A stretch of 64,000 nucleotides of DNA, taken from contig CAZAZU010000001.1 of assembly GCA_964490105.1 (NCBI GenBank), positions 22,706 through 86,705 on the forward strand. The letters are read 5' to 3'. The notes below the pieces were generated by a model. That model had not been told where the DNA came from and made no database searches. It was given only the letters and a program-made list of their open reading frames with translations. The position numbers were made by a program, and so were the translations under genes. The DNA is from an uncultured Gammaproteobacteria bacterium. Its GTDB lineage: Bacteria > Patescibacteriota > Microgenomatia > Levybacterales > UBA12049. Positions 45,624 through 55,650 of the stretch are shown one piece after another (position 1 is the stretch's first letter; each line of letters starts with the position of its first letter).

Positions 45624-46135
45624 AAAAAGAAGTAGCAATTGTAATGGGATCTGATTCGGATCTTTCTGTTATGAAAGATGCTGCTGAAATATTAGAAAGT
45701 TTTGGAATAGGTTATTATCTTTCAATTGTCTCGGCGCATAGAACACCCCAGAGACTATTTGATTTCTCAAAATCTGCAGAAAAAAAAGGATTTAAAGTTA
45801 TTATTGCAGGAGCAGGTGGATCAGCACATCTGCCTGGGATGATTGCTTCTCTTACTCCGCTTCCTGTAATCGGAGTGCCAATTAGAGGAAAATCTTTTGA
45901 AGGATTTGATTCATTAATGTCTATTGTTCAAATGCCTCCAGGAATTCCCGTTGCAACTGTTGCAGTAAATGGTGCAAAAAACGCAGGAATTTTAGCAGCA
46001 AGTATTATCGGCATAAGTAATAAGAAGGTTCTAGGAAAAGTAGCCGAATTTAAAAATAATTTAGAGAAAGAAGTTTTAAAAAAAGTTCAGAAAATTGAAA
46101 AAGTAGGATTTCAGAAATATCTTGATGAAAAATAA
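45620..46135 (+). CDS. purE: N5-CAIR mutase
   Basis: VAIVMGSDSDLSVM, AGGSAHLPGMIAS. Confidence 0.92.
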   Translation: MKKEVAIVMGSDSDLSVMKDAAEILESFGIGYYLSIVSAHRTPQRLFDFSKSAEKKGFKVIIAGAGGSAHLPGMIASLTPLPVIGVPIRGKSFEGFDSLMSIVQMPPGIPVATVAVNGAKNAGILAASIIGISNKKVLGKVAEFKNNLEKEVLKKVQKIEKVGFQKYLDEK

Positions 46136-47582
46136 TTCTCAAAACGAAAAAGTTAACGTTGTAGACAAAAATTTAAAAACTCTTTATAAAACCACGAAAA
46201 AAGAAGCTCACGAAAAAGGATTACTTCATAAGACTGTTATAGCTGAGGTGGTTGATTCCAAAGGGAGATATTTGCTCGTTAAACAAGCTCCAGACAGACA
46301 AGACGCGGGAAAATTTGTTTCTCCAGTTGGAGGGCATGTAAGATCGAATGAAACAGATGAAGAAGCTTTAGAAAGAGAGGCGTTTGAAGAATTAGGAATT
46401 AAAAACTTCAGCCATGAATATTTGGGGAATATTATTTTTAACAGAAAAATACTTGGGAGAGCGGAAAATCATTACTTTATTATTTATAAAATAAAATGGG
46501 ACAAGAAAATAAAATTAAATCATGAGTCAGTTGAAAGCAAGTGGTTTACTGTTAAGGAGTTAAAATTTGCTTTAAAAAATAATAGAGAAATTTTTGGAGC
46601 AGCATATTTAACTTGTCCGCTTGAAATGTATTTAGGAACCGTTAAAAAAAGTATGGAGAAAAATAAAAATGCATTAATTAAAACAGTTGATTTAAAAGGA
46701 TTTGGGAAAAAATATCAAGGAAAAGTTAGGGATTGCTACATAAAGGGAGATAAAAGAATTCTCGTTACAACTGATCGAATTTCTGCGTTTGATGTTATTC
46801 TTGGATTTATTCCTGGGAAAGGTGCGGTGCTAAATCAGTTAGCTGCTTTTTGGTTTGAAAAAACTTCGGACATAATCCCGAATCATCTTATTTCAGTTCC
46901 TCATCCGAATGTGAGTATTGTAAAAAACGTAAAATTAATTCCTATTGAAATGGTTGTAAGAGGTTATATCTCTGGTGTTACTAATACGTCAATATGGGGT
47001 AGTTATCAAAAGGGGGAGAGGGTTATTTATGGAATAAAATTTCCTGATGGACTATCTAAAAATCAAAAATTAAAAACCCCAGTTATTACTCCTACGACTA
47101 AAGCAGAGTCAGGGCACGATGAAAGATTAACTGAGAAAGAAATTATTGATCGAAAAATAGTGACTCCTGGAATTTGGAAGCAAATGAAAAAAGCAGCATT
47201 AGAATTATTCGAAAGAGGAACTAAAATTTGTGAAAAAGGCGGAATAATTTTAGTTGATACAAAATATGAATTTGGACTAGACTCAAGCGGGAAGTTAATT
47301 TTAATTGATGAAATACACACTCCTGATTCTTCAAGATTTTGGATTAAAAAAACTTATAAAGCGCGAATAAAGAAAGGGTTGGAACCGGAAAATTTCGATA
47401 AAGAATTTTTAAGACTTTGGTATGCAAAAAGAGGTTATACCGGATCAGGAAAACCTCCGAAAATGCCGTCAGTACTTGCAAATCAAGTAAGCAAACGTTA
47501 TATTCAAATATATAAAAAGATCACCGGAAAAATACCTGAAAAAGAAGTGGTTCCATTAAGAGAATTACAGATTCAAATTTAG
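46122..47582 (+). CDS. purC: Nudix hydrolase domain fused to ADE1-type SAICAR synthetase
   Basis: Nudix box GGHVRSNETDEEALEREAFEELGI; then GKVRDCYI...LVTTDRISAFDV, MVVRGYISG, ILVDTKYEFG, HTPDSSRFW. Confidence 0.85.
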   Translation: MMKNNSQNEKVNVVDKNLKTLYKTTKKEAHEKGLLHKTVIAEVVDSKGRYLLVKQAPDRQDAGKFVSPVGGHVRSNETDEEALEREAFEELGIKNFSHEYLGNIIFNRKILGRAENHYFIIYKIKWDKKIKLNHESVESKWFTVKELKFALKNNREIFGAAYLTCPLEMYLGTVKKSMEKNKNALIKTVDLKGFGKKYQGKVRDCYIKGDKRILVTTDRISAFDVILGFIPGKGAVLNQLAAFWFEKTSDIIPNHLISVPHPNVSIVKNVKLIPIEMVVRGYISGVTNTSIWGSYQKGERVIYGIKFPDGLSKNQKLKTPVITPTTKAESGHDERLTEKEIIDRKIVTPGIWKQMKKAALELFERGTKICEKGGIILVDTKYEFGLDSSGKLILIDEIHTPDSSRFWIKKTYKARIKKGLEPENFDKEFLRLWYAKRGYTGSGKPPKMPSVLANQVSKRYIQIYKKITGKIPEKEVVPLRELQIQI

Positions 47583-47585
47583 CTG

Positions 47586-49004
47586 ATGACTTTACAAGAA
47601 CCAGACAAGATGAAGGAAAAATGCGCTGTTTTTGGCGTGTATGGTAGAAAAGGACTTCAAGCTGCAAGACTAACATACTTCGGTCTTTACACACTTCAGC
47701 ATAGGGGACAAGAAAGTTCAGGAATCTCTGCAACCAATGGAAAACAACTGCGCACTCATAAAGCAAATGGACTTGTTACCCAAGTATATAATGAGGAAAA
47801 TTTTAAAGAACTAAAAGGACATATGGCGATAGGGCATAACAGATACTCTACGTCTGGAGGAGTTCATGATTCTCATGCTCAGCCAGTAACATCCCGAAGG
47901 GCAATGCATGACATTTTAGTACTAGCGCATAATGGGAATTTGCCAACTGTAGATAATCTCTCATCTTTTTTAAGAGAGAAAGGTTTTTACACAGATGGTT
48001 TAAATGATTCTGAGTTAATGCATCAAGTAATTAGATATTTTCTTGTTAAAACGGGATCTTTAGAAGAAGCAATAAAAATGTCATTCCCAATGTTTAAGGG
48101 TGCATTTTCTCTTTTAGTAATGACAAAAGATAAAATTGCTGCAGTTAGAGATTCATACGGAATCAGGCCTTTGACTTTGGGGAAATTAGGAGGAGGTTAT
48201 GTATTTTCTTCTGAAACCTGCGCAATTGATACAGTGGATGGAAAATATATTAGAGACGTAAAACCAGGGGAAATGGTGGTGGTGGATTCATCAGGTTTGA
48301 AATCTTACCAGCTCGCTAAGCCAACGCCTAAATTAGATATATTTGAATTTGTGTATTTCGCTAGACCTGACAGTGCACTTCTGGGGAAAAGTGTATATGC
48401 TGTCAGAAGAAATATGGGAGTGCAGCTTGCGAAGGAGAATCCCATAAAAGCAGATGTAGTCATTCCAATTCCTGATTCATCAATTCCTGCAGCGATTGGA
48501 TATGCCGGAGCTCTAAAAATACCGCTTGAATTTGGCCTTACAAAGAACAGATATATTGGACGTACGTTTATTATGCCAGATCAGCATCTAAGAGAAAGAG
48601 GGGTAGAGATGAAGCATAATCCAATCAAGGAAATTATAAAAGATAAAAATGTTGTGGTAATTGATGACTCGATAGTTAGGGGAACTACAGCAAAAAAGCT
48701 TGTGTTAATGTTAAAGAAAAATGGAGCAAAAAAAGTTCATATCATAAGCTCTTCTCCGCCAGTTAAATTTCCAGACTTTTATGGAATCGATACTCCATCA
48801 CAGAAAAATTTAATTGGAGCAAACATGAGTATCCCTAAAATAAAAAAATATATAGGAGCTGATTCGCTATATTTTCTTTCATATAAAGGTCTTTTAAAAG
48901 CAATTGGAGTTCCTGAGAAGGAATTATGTACGGCATGTTTTACCGGCGAATACCCGATTGATATTGGTAAAAAGCGAAAACTTATTAGGTACGAAAACAC
49001 ATGA
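47586..49004 (+). CDS. purF: amidophosphoribosyltransferase
   Basis: N-terminal CAVFGVYG nucleophile region, PRTase loop VVVIDDSIVRGTTAKK. Confidence 0.9.
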   Translation: MTLQEPDKMKEKCAVFGVYGRKGLQAARLTYFGLYTLQHRGQESSGISATNGKQLRTHKANGLVTQVYNEENFKELKGHMAIGHNRYSTSGGVHDSHAQPVTSRRAMHDILVLAHNGNLPTVDNLSSFLREKGFYTDGLNDSELMHQVIRYFLVKTGSLEEAIKMSFPMFKGAFSLLVMTKDKIAAVRDSYGIRPLTLGKLGGGYVFSSETCAIDTVDGKYIRDVKPGEMVVVDSSGLKSYQLAKPTPKLDIFEFVYFARPDSALLGKSVYAVRRNMGVQLAKENPIKADVVIPIPDSSIPAAIGYAGALKIPLEFGLTKNRYIGRTFIMPDQHLRERGVEMKHNPIKEIIKDKNVVVIDDSIVRGTTAKKLVLMLKKNGAKKVHIISSSPPVKFPDFYGIDTPSQKNLIGANMSIPKIKKYIGADSLYFLSYKGLLKAIGVPEKELCTACFTGEYPIDIGKKRKLIRYENT

Positions 49005-49597
49005 AGTCTCTCGCTGTTTTAGTTTCCAATGTGGGTACAGGATCAAATCTTCAAGCGATAATTGACGCTATAAATAATAAAAAAATATCAGCAAAGATTA
49101 GTGTTGTAATAAGTTCAGATACTGACGCATTTGGTTTAGTTCGAGCAGAGAAAAATAAAATAGCTACTGAAATCTCAAATAAAAAAGATCTTCTTAAAAC
49201 TCTAAATAAATATGAAATCGACTATGTGTGTTTAGCGGGTTGGAGATTAATTATTGACAATGAAGTATTAAGAACTTACGAAAATAAAATATTAAACCTT
49301 CATCCGGGTTTGATTCCGGATAGAATTAATGGAAATGTTAAAAACCCAGATGGAACAATTGGTCTTTGGAATAGAGGTAAATTAACAGATGTTGCAATTG
49401 AAAATTTTTTGAATAATAATGCAACTTATGCTGGATCATCAATCCATTTTCTTTCTAATGAATTTGATTTTGGAAAAGTCCTAGATCGAACTTTTGAAAA
49501 AATAAAAAAGTCCGATACCGTTGAAACTTTGTATAAAAGATTAAAAGTTAAAGAAAATAAATTATACGTTAATGTATTAAAAAAACTTTGCAAATGA
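49001..49597 (+). CDS. purN: phosphoribosylglycinamide formyltransferase
   Basis: CLAGWRLI, NLHPGLIPD. Confidence 0.75.
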   Translation: MKSLAVLVSNVGTGSNLQAIIDAINNKKISAKISVVISSDTDAFGLVRAEKNKIATEISNKKDLLKTLNKYEIDYVCLAGWRLIIDNEVLRTYENKILNLHPGLIPDRINGNVKNPDGTIGLWNRGKLTDVAIENFLNNNATYAGSSIHFLSNEFDFGKVLDRTFEKIKKSDTVETLYKRLKVKENKLYVNVLKKLCK

Positions 49598-49676
49598 ATC
49601 CCGTTAAAAATAATTATTTAAAAAGTATCTGTTTTAATTTGATCTTTAATCCTTCAAGAAAGGAATTTTTAACGGG

Positions 49677-50975
49677 ATGAATATTTTAATATTAGGATCA
49701 GGCGGCAGGGAGCATGTGTTATCAGATGCATACGCGAAAAATAAAAAAGTAAAGAAAATATTTGTAGCGCCCGGAAATCCATTCATAGATTTTTCAAATA
49801 AAAAAGTTAAATCTCTTTTAGACATTCCTTCAACTGACTTTGAAAAAATAAAAGATACAATCGAGAAATATAAGATTGATCTAGTTGATGTTGCACAGGA
49901 TGATCCTATTGCGTTAGGATTCGTGGATAAGTTAACAGACTTAGGAATAAAAGCATTTGGCCCCACAAAAAATGCCTCAGAAATAGAATGGAGTAAGGAG
50001 TGGTCCAGAAATTTTATGCTTAAGTATCATCTTCCCACACCGCATTTTAAAAGTTTCAATTCACAAAGTCGAGGAATTTTTTATGTTAAATCCTTAAGAG
50101 AGCAGCCACTCTATATTAAAGCATCAGGGCTCGCCCTTGGTAAAGGAGCTATTAGAGCTAGTAATAAAAAGGAGGCTATTCAGGCAATTAAGCAAATGAA
50201 AATTTTCGGTAAAGCTGGAGAAACATTTGTAGTAGAGGAAGCAATGAGTGGAGAAGAGTTTTCTTTATTTGCTATTTGTGATGGGGAAAATTATAAAATT
50301 ATCGGAAGCGCACAGGATCATAAAACAGCATCTAATGGTGACATTGGACCAAATACTGGTGGAATGGGATGCGTAACGAATCCTAAAATTGTAACGCCCA
50401 AAATTATAAACGAGATCGAGAAAAAAATTTTAATTCCATTTATGAAAGGAATGAAAAAGGAAAAAAGAGATTACTCTGGTATTTTATATGTTGGCGGTAT
50501 GGTTACGGAAAAAGGAGTAAAGATTGTAGAATTTAATTCCAGGTGGGGCGATCCCGAAGCTGAAGTATTAATTCCGGGAATATTGTCTGATTATTTAAGT
50601 ATTGTGGAATCCGTTTTAGATAAAAAACTTAATAAATTAAAAATAAAAACTGATAAATTGGTAAGAGTGAGTGTTGCTGGATGCAGTAATGGTTATCCAA
50701 TAGACTATTCAAAGGTAAAAGGAAAAAGAATAATTGGGCTTGAAAAAGCTATTAAATTGCCAAACATAAAAGTTTATGGCGCAGGAATTTCAAAGAATGA
50801 AAATAAATTCGTCGCAGGGGGTGGAAGAGTCTTTCATTTGACAGGAGCAGGATTTACATTATCTCAAGCAAGAATGAGGGCTTACGGAGCGTTGTCTTTA
50901 ATAACAATTGAAAACAATAACTTACATTACAGAACCGACATCGGATGGAGAGATTTAGAAAGAGAAAATCTATGA
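49677..50975 (+). CDS. purD: phosphoribosylamine--glycine ligase
   Basis: MNILILGSGGREHVLSDAY, ATP-grasp core. Confidence 0.9.
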   Translation: MNILILGSGGREHVLSDAYAKNKKVKKIFVAPGNPFIDFSNKKVKSLLDIPSTDFEKIKDTIEKYKIDLVDVAQDDPIALGFVDKLTDLGIKAFGPTKNASEIEWSKEWSRNFMLKYHLPTPHFKSFNSQSRGIFYVKSLREQPLYIKASGLALGKGAIRASNKKEAIQAIKQMKIFGKAGETFVVEEAMSGEEFSLFAICDGENYKIIGSAQDHKTASNGDIGPNTGGMGCVTNPKIVTPKIINEIEKKILIPFMKGMKKEKRDYSGILYVGGMVTEKGVKIVEFNSRWGDPEAEVLIPGILSDYLSIVESVLDKKLNKLKIKTDKLVRVSVAGCSNGYPIDYSKVKGKRIIGLEKAIKLPNIKVYGAGISKNENKFVAGGGRVFHLTGAGFTLSQARMRAYGALSLITIENNNLHYRTDIGWRDLERENL

Positions 50976-53776
50976 TTCTTACTGTTAGAGTTGCTTCAAA
51001 AAACGAAAGTGAGGATTTAAAGGGGATAGATGTATCTCGTAGAATAAAAGATCCAAGTGTTACAAAAGTGAGATCCGTTAGGGTTTATAGGCTTGAGGGA
51101 ATTAGTAAAAAAACTGCAAAATTTTTAGCAGAAAAATTATTATCAGAATCTATTAACCAAAAATATACAATTGATGAACAAATATTTAATGCCCGTTCTA
51201 AAATAGAAGTTGCATATAAGCCGGGTGTTATGAACCCGGAAGTATCATCAATTTTAAAATCCGCAAAAGATTTAAAAGTAAAACTATTGGCAGCTGATTC
51301 GTCATGGGAGTATCATTTTTTTGGCGCTCTTAGCTTGGAGAATATTAACGAGCTAGGACTATATAATCCTTTAATTGAATATTTAGTGGATAAGCCTCCA
51401 AGGACATTACAAATTTCAGGAAGAGTTGGACCTACGAATACTGTTTTGATTCGGGATTGTTCGGATGATGATCTAATGGAACTTTCTAAGGATAAATTAT
51501 TTTTAAATTTATCAGAGATGAAAGTAATTCAGGAGTATTTCAGGAAAATCAAAAGAGATCCAAATGATATTGAGCTTGAAACTCTTGCACAAACCTGGAG
51601 TGAGCATTGTGCGCATAAAACTTTTAAAGCAAATTTAATAATCGATGGGGAAAAGAAAAAACCGTTAATTGAAAGAATTAAAACTGAAGCTTTAAAACAC
51701 CCTAAAAATATTGTTTCAGCATTTGGAGATAATTCTGGCGTAATGAAATTTTATGATGGGTATTCGATTTGCGGTAAAGTTGAGACTCATAATAGTCCTT
51801 CAGCAATTGAGCCATACGGAGGAGCGATGACTGGAAGTGGGGGAGTTTTTAGAGATGTGCTTGGTACTGGACAAGGAGCTAAGACAATTGCTAGTACTGA
51901 TATATTTTGTTTTGCAGATCCTTCATTACCTAAAAAAGATTTGCCGACAGGGTGTCTTAACCCAAATTACTTACTTAAAAGAGTAGTTGAGGGAGTTAGA
52001 GACTATGGAAATAGAATGGGAATCCCCACAAATAATGGTTCAGTTCATTTTCATAATGATTTTCGCGCGAAACCTACTGTAATTGTTGGAGCATATGGAA
52101 TAATTCCCACAAAAAAAGCAAAAAAGGGAGTGCCGATTAAAGGAGATTTGATAGTCGCTGTTGGGGGAAGGACTGGGCGCGACGGAATTCATGGTGCGAC
52201 TTTTTCATCAGCTGAAATGACTGACAGGACAATTTCTGTAAATTCTTCAGCAGTTCAAATTGGTAATGCTATCGAGGAAAAAAGAATGTTCGATGCGATA
52301 ATTGAGGCCCGTGATTTTGGTTTAATTAGAGCCATAACCGATTGCGGAGCGGGTGGTTTTTCTTCGGCAGTTGGTGAAATAGGATCTAAGACTGGAGTAA
52401 GAGTAGATCTAGCAAATGCTCCGCTTAAATATCACGGGCTGTCTCCTTGGGAGATTTGGGTTTCTGAGTCACAAGAAAGAATGGTAATTGCGATTGCTAA
52501 AAAAGATATAAAAAAATTCTTAGAAATTTGTAAAAAATATAACGTAGAAGCAGCGATCTTAGGAAACTTTACTGATACTAAAAAGCTTGAAGTTTTTTAT
52601 GGAAAAAAACAAATTGCTAACTTATCAATGAAGTTTTTACATGATGGTTTACCTCAAAGGTTGATGATAGGCAAAAAAACTAAAATTGAACACTCAAAGA
52701 AAGAACCTAAGATTCCAAAAAAAGAATCAGAATGGATTGAAATATTTAAAAAGATTTTGTCTCATGGAAATATAAATTCTAAAGAGCCGATTGTTAGAAT
52801 GTATGATCACTCAGTCCAGGGTACAAATGATTTGCAGCCTTATAGTGGAGTAAAGCTAGATTCTCCCAATGACAGTGTAGTGATTCGTCCAATTCTTAAT
52901 AAAAAATATGCAATGGTTTTATCTCATGGTTTGAACCCAATTTTGAATAGAATTAATCCTTATGACGGGAGTATTTGGGCAGGGGTTGAGGCATTATCAA
53001 ATTATGTAAGCGTAGGAGGAAATATTGAGGAAGCCTCTCTTATAAATAATTATATCTGGCCTTTTCCAGATGAAGAATCTTTATATAGTCTTGATCGATC
53101 AGTAGACGCAGTAGTGGACATTATGAGGACTTTAAAAACTCCAGTTATTTCAGGAAAGGATAGTTTGTCGTCAACTTACAGAAAGGGAGATACAGTTATA
53201 AAGATTCCACCGGTTCTTTGCATTTCTGTTTTTGGCAGAATACCGGACGCGACAAAAACTGTATCTTCTGATTTTAAGAAAACAAATTCTACTGTTGTTC
53301 TTGTTGGGAATTTAGATACGAATTCCATGGGGGGATCTGTTTATTTTGATGTAAATAATTTACTTGGAGAAAAAGTTCCCAGAATAGACCTAAAAGATTT
53401 TTCTAAAATTGCAAAATCAATAAACAAGGGAATTGTTAATGGGGATATATTATCATGTCATGATGTTTCAGAAGGAGGCTTGCTTGCAGCTCTTTTTGAA
53501 ATGTGTATCGGAGGAGACATGGGGGTGAATTTTCGACTTCCTAAAAATAAAAGAGAGGATTACTTTCTTTTTAACGAAACAGCGGGAACTTTCTTAGTAG
53601 AAGTTGAAAGCAGAGAAGTGGCTAAAAAACTTTTTAAAAATGTTAATTATTTAATAGTTGGAGAAACTAAAAAAGAAAAAAATATTGAAGTTTTAAATAG
53701 TAAAAAAATATTTAGCGCTAGTTTACCGGATCTAAAAAATGTTTGGCAAAAACCAATGAGGAAAATTTTTCCATGA
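50945..53776 (+). CDS. purL: phosphoribosylformylglycinamidine synthase: PurS-like N-terminal domain fused to PurL (FGAM synthase II)
   Basis: N-terminal ILTVRVASK...VRSVRVYRLEG (PurS-like); then TWSEHCAHKTFKA and AIR-synthase-related repeats; real start probably MILTV at 50972. Confidence 0.85.
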   Translation: MERFRKRKSMILTVRVASKNESEDLKGIDVSRRIKDPSVTKVRSVRVYRLEGISKKTAKFLAEKLLSESINQKYTIDEQIFNARSKIEVAYKPGVMNPEVSSILKSAKDLKVKLLAADSSWEYHFFGALSLENINELGLYNPLIEYLVDKPPRTLQISGRVGPTNTVLIRDCSDDDLMELSKDKLFLNLSEMKVIQEYFRKIKRDPNDIELETLAQTWSEHCAHKTFKANLIIDGEKKKPLIERIKTEALKHPKNIVSAFGDNSGVMKFYDGYSICGKVETHNSPSAIEPYGGAMTGSGGVFRDVLGTGQGAKTIASTDIFCFADPSLPKKDLPTGCLNPNYLLKRVVEGVRDYGNRMGIPTNNGSVHFHNDFRAKPTVIVGAYGIIPTKKAKKGVPIKGDLIVAVGGRTGRDGIHGATFSSAEMTDRTISVNSSAVQIGNAIEEKRMFDAIIEARDFGLIRAITDCGAGGFSSAVGEIGSKTGVRVDLANAPLKYHGLSPWEIWVSESQERMVIAIAKKDIKKFLEICKKYNVEAAILGNFTDTKKLEVFYGKKQIANLSMKFLHDGLPQRLMIGKKTKIEHSKKEPKIPKKESEWIEIFKKILSHGNINSKEPIVRMYDHSVQGTNDLQPYSGVKLDSPNDSVVIRPILNKKYAMVLSHGLNPILNRINPYDGSIWAGVEALSNYVSVGGNIEEASLINNYIWPFPDEESLYSLDRSVDAVVDIMRTLKTPVISGKDSLSSTYRKGDTVIKIPPVLCISVFGRIPDATKTVSSDFKKTNSTVVLVGNLDTNSMGGSVYFDVNNLLGEKVPRIDLKDFSKIAKSINKGIVNGDILSCHDVSEGGLLAALFEMCIGGDMGVNFRLPKNKREDYFLFNETAGTFLVEVESREVAKKLFKNVNYLIVGETKKEKNIEVLNSKKIFSASLPDLKNVWQKPMRKIFP

Positions 53777-54555
53777 AAAAACCAAGAGCAATTATTATAA
53801 AAGCAGATGGGATTAACAGAGATGAGGATATGGTTTTCGCATTTAATCTTGCTGGAGCTGATGCAAAATTGGTTCACATTAATGATTTAAGAAGCAAAAA
53901 AGAAAAACTTTCTGATTATCAAATTTTAGGTATTCCCGGAGGTTTTGCTTATGGAGATGACATAGTATCGGGGAAAATTTTAGCAACAGAAATGGTGGCT
54001 TATCTTGGTGATGAGATTCGAAAATTTGTAAAAAGAAAAAACACAGCGGTAATCGGAGTCTGTAATGGGTTTCAGGTTTTAGTGCGCACCGGTCTTGTTC
54101 CGTTTGGAAATATTGGAGAAATGGATGTGACACTTGCTAATAACGATTCAGGACACTTCGAATGCAGATGGATAAAAGTAAAAGTAGAATCAAATTCAAA
54201 AAGTAGATTTTTAGAGGGAATGGAAAATGAGATTTTGTGGTATCCGGTTGCACACGGAGAAGGAAAGTTTTATGCAGATGACAAGATAATTAAAAAAATA
54301 GAAGATGAAAATTTAGTTGCCTTTCGTTATGTAGACGAAAAAGGAAATCCTACGCAAAAATATCCAGATAATCCAAATGGGTCAATTAATGCAATTGTCG
54401 GAGTAACTGATGAGTCTGGAAGAATCTTGGGCCTTATGCCGCATCCTGAGTGTTTTGTCCGTATTGAACAACATCCCAACTGGCGTCGTGGTTTAATCGA
54501 ATCTCCTCAAGGTCTACCTCTTTTTAAAAATATTGTAAATTTTGTAAAACAATGA
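53743..54555 (+). CDS. purQ: FGAM synthase glutaminase subunit
   Basis: GVCNGFQVL catalytic Cys, HPE; likely start MKKPRAI at 53773. Confidence 0.88.
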   Translation: MAKTNEENFSMKKPRAIIIKADGINRDEDMVFAFNLAGADAKLVHINDLRSKKEKLSDYQILGIPGGFAYGDDIVSGKILATEMVAYLGDEIRKFVKRKNTAVIGVCNGFQVLVRTGLVPFGNIGEMDVTLANNDSGHFECRWIKVKVESNSKSRFLEGMENEILWYPVAHGEGKFYADDKIIKKIEDENLVAFRYVDEKGNPTQKYPDNPNGSINAIVGVTDESGRILGLMPHPECFVRIEQHPNWRRGLIESPQGLPLFKNIVNFVKQ

Positions 54556-55649
54556 GAAAAATCACATATAAATCTTCGGGTGTTGATTATTCAAAATTAG
54601 ATCCAATTAAAAAACTTGCTCAAGATTCAGCTAGAAAAACCTCAAAAAATTTTCCGAAGAGTTTTAATGAAATAGCTGATAGCAGAGGTGAGTCTGCATT
54701 TGTTTGGAAACAGGGAAATCAATTGATGGCATTTGTCATGGAGGGACTCGGAACGAAAAGTCTAGTAGCTGACGGAGTTTACGAGCAATCAAAGAAATCA
54801 TTTTATGGGAATATTGCTCAGGACACTGTTGCAACTATTATTAATGATCTTGTAAGCATTGGCGCAAAGCCATTAATTTTAAATGCTTATTGGGCTGACG
54901 CTGGAGATGGATTTTTACAAGATCCTAAGAGAATGAAAGATTTTATAGTTGGATGGGAAAAAGCTTGTAATCTGTCAGGTGTTGTTTGGGGGGGAGGAGA
55001 GACACCAACATTAAAAGGAATTATTGAAACAAAGTCTGTAGATTTGGGAGGATCAGCTGTAGGATTAATTGATAGTAGTAGGAATTTAATTTCTGATAAA
55101 AAAATAAAAGCTGGGGATCGAATAATTTTAATAAAAAGTAATGGAGTGAATGCAAATGGAATTAGTTTGACACGAGCGATTGCCAAAAAACTTCCTAAAG
55201 GGTACCTGACAAAATTACCAAGTGGAAAATTGTATGGAGAAAGTTTGTTAACTCCTTCAAATATTTATGCAAAAGTAATTTTGGATTTGCAGAAAAATAA
55301 TATAGATATTCATTACGTTTCAAATATTACAGGGCACGGTGTAAGAAAGATTATGAGAGGACGTCCAAAATTTACTTATATAATTGAAAAGATTTACAAA
55401 CCCCAACCCGTTTTTGACTTCATTCAAGCACATGCAGGTTTATCGGATTATGAAATGTATGAAACATATAACATGGGACAGGATTACTGTTTAATTATTC
55501 CAGAAAATGACGTTAATAAATGTTTAAAAATAATTAGTAAAAATAAATTTATAGCTATTAGTGCTGGGTATGTAGAAAAAGGGGAGAAGCAAGTAATAAT
55601 AAAATCTAAAAACTTAATTTACAAAGGTGAAACTTTAGACTTAAGATAA
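54552..55649 (+). CDS. purM: phosphoribosylformylglycinamidine cyclo-ligase (AIR synthase)
   Basis: SGVDYSKLDPIKK; AIRS N/C domains. Confidence 0.88.
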   Translation: MRKITYKSSGVDYSKLDPIKKLAQDSARKTSKNFPKSFNEIADSRGESAFVWKQGNQLMAFVMEGLGTKSLVADGVYEQSKKSFYGNIAQDTVATIINDLVSIGAKPLILNAYWADAGDGFLQDPKRMKDFIVGWEKACNLSGVVWGGGETPTLKGIIETKSVDLGGSAVGLIDSSRNLISDKKIKAGDRIILIKSNGVNANGISLTRAIAKKLPKGYLTKLPSGKLYGESLLTPSNIYAKVILDLQKNNIDIHYVSNITGHGVRKIMRGRPKFTYIIEKIYKPQPVFDFIQAHAGLSDYEMYETYNMGQDYCLIIPENDVNKCLKIISKNKFIAISAGYVEKGEKQVIIKSKNLIYKGETLDLR

Positions 55650-55650
55650 A

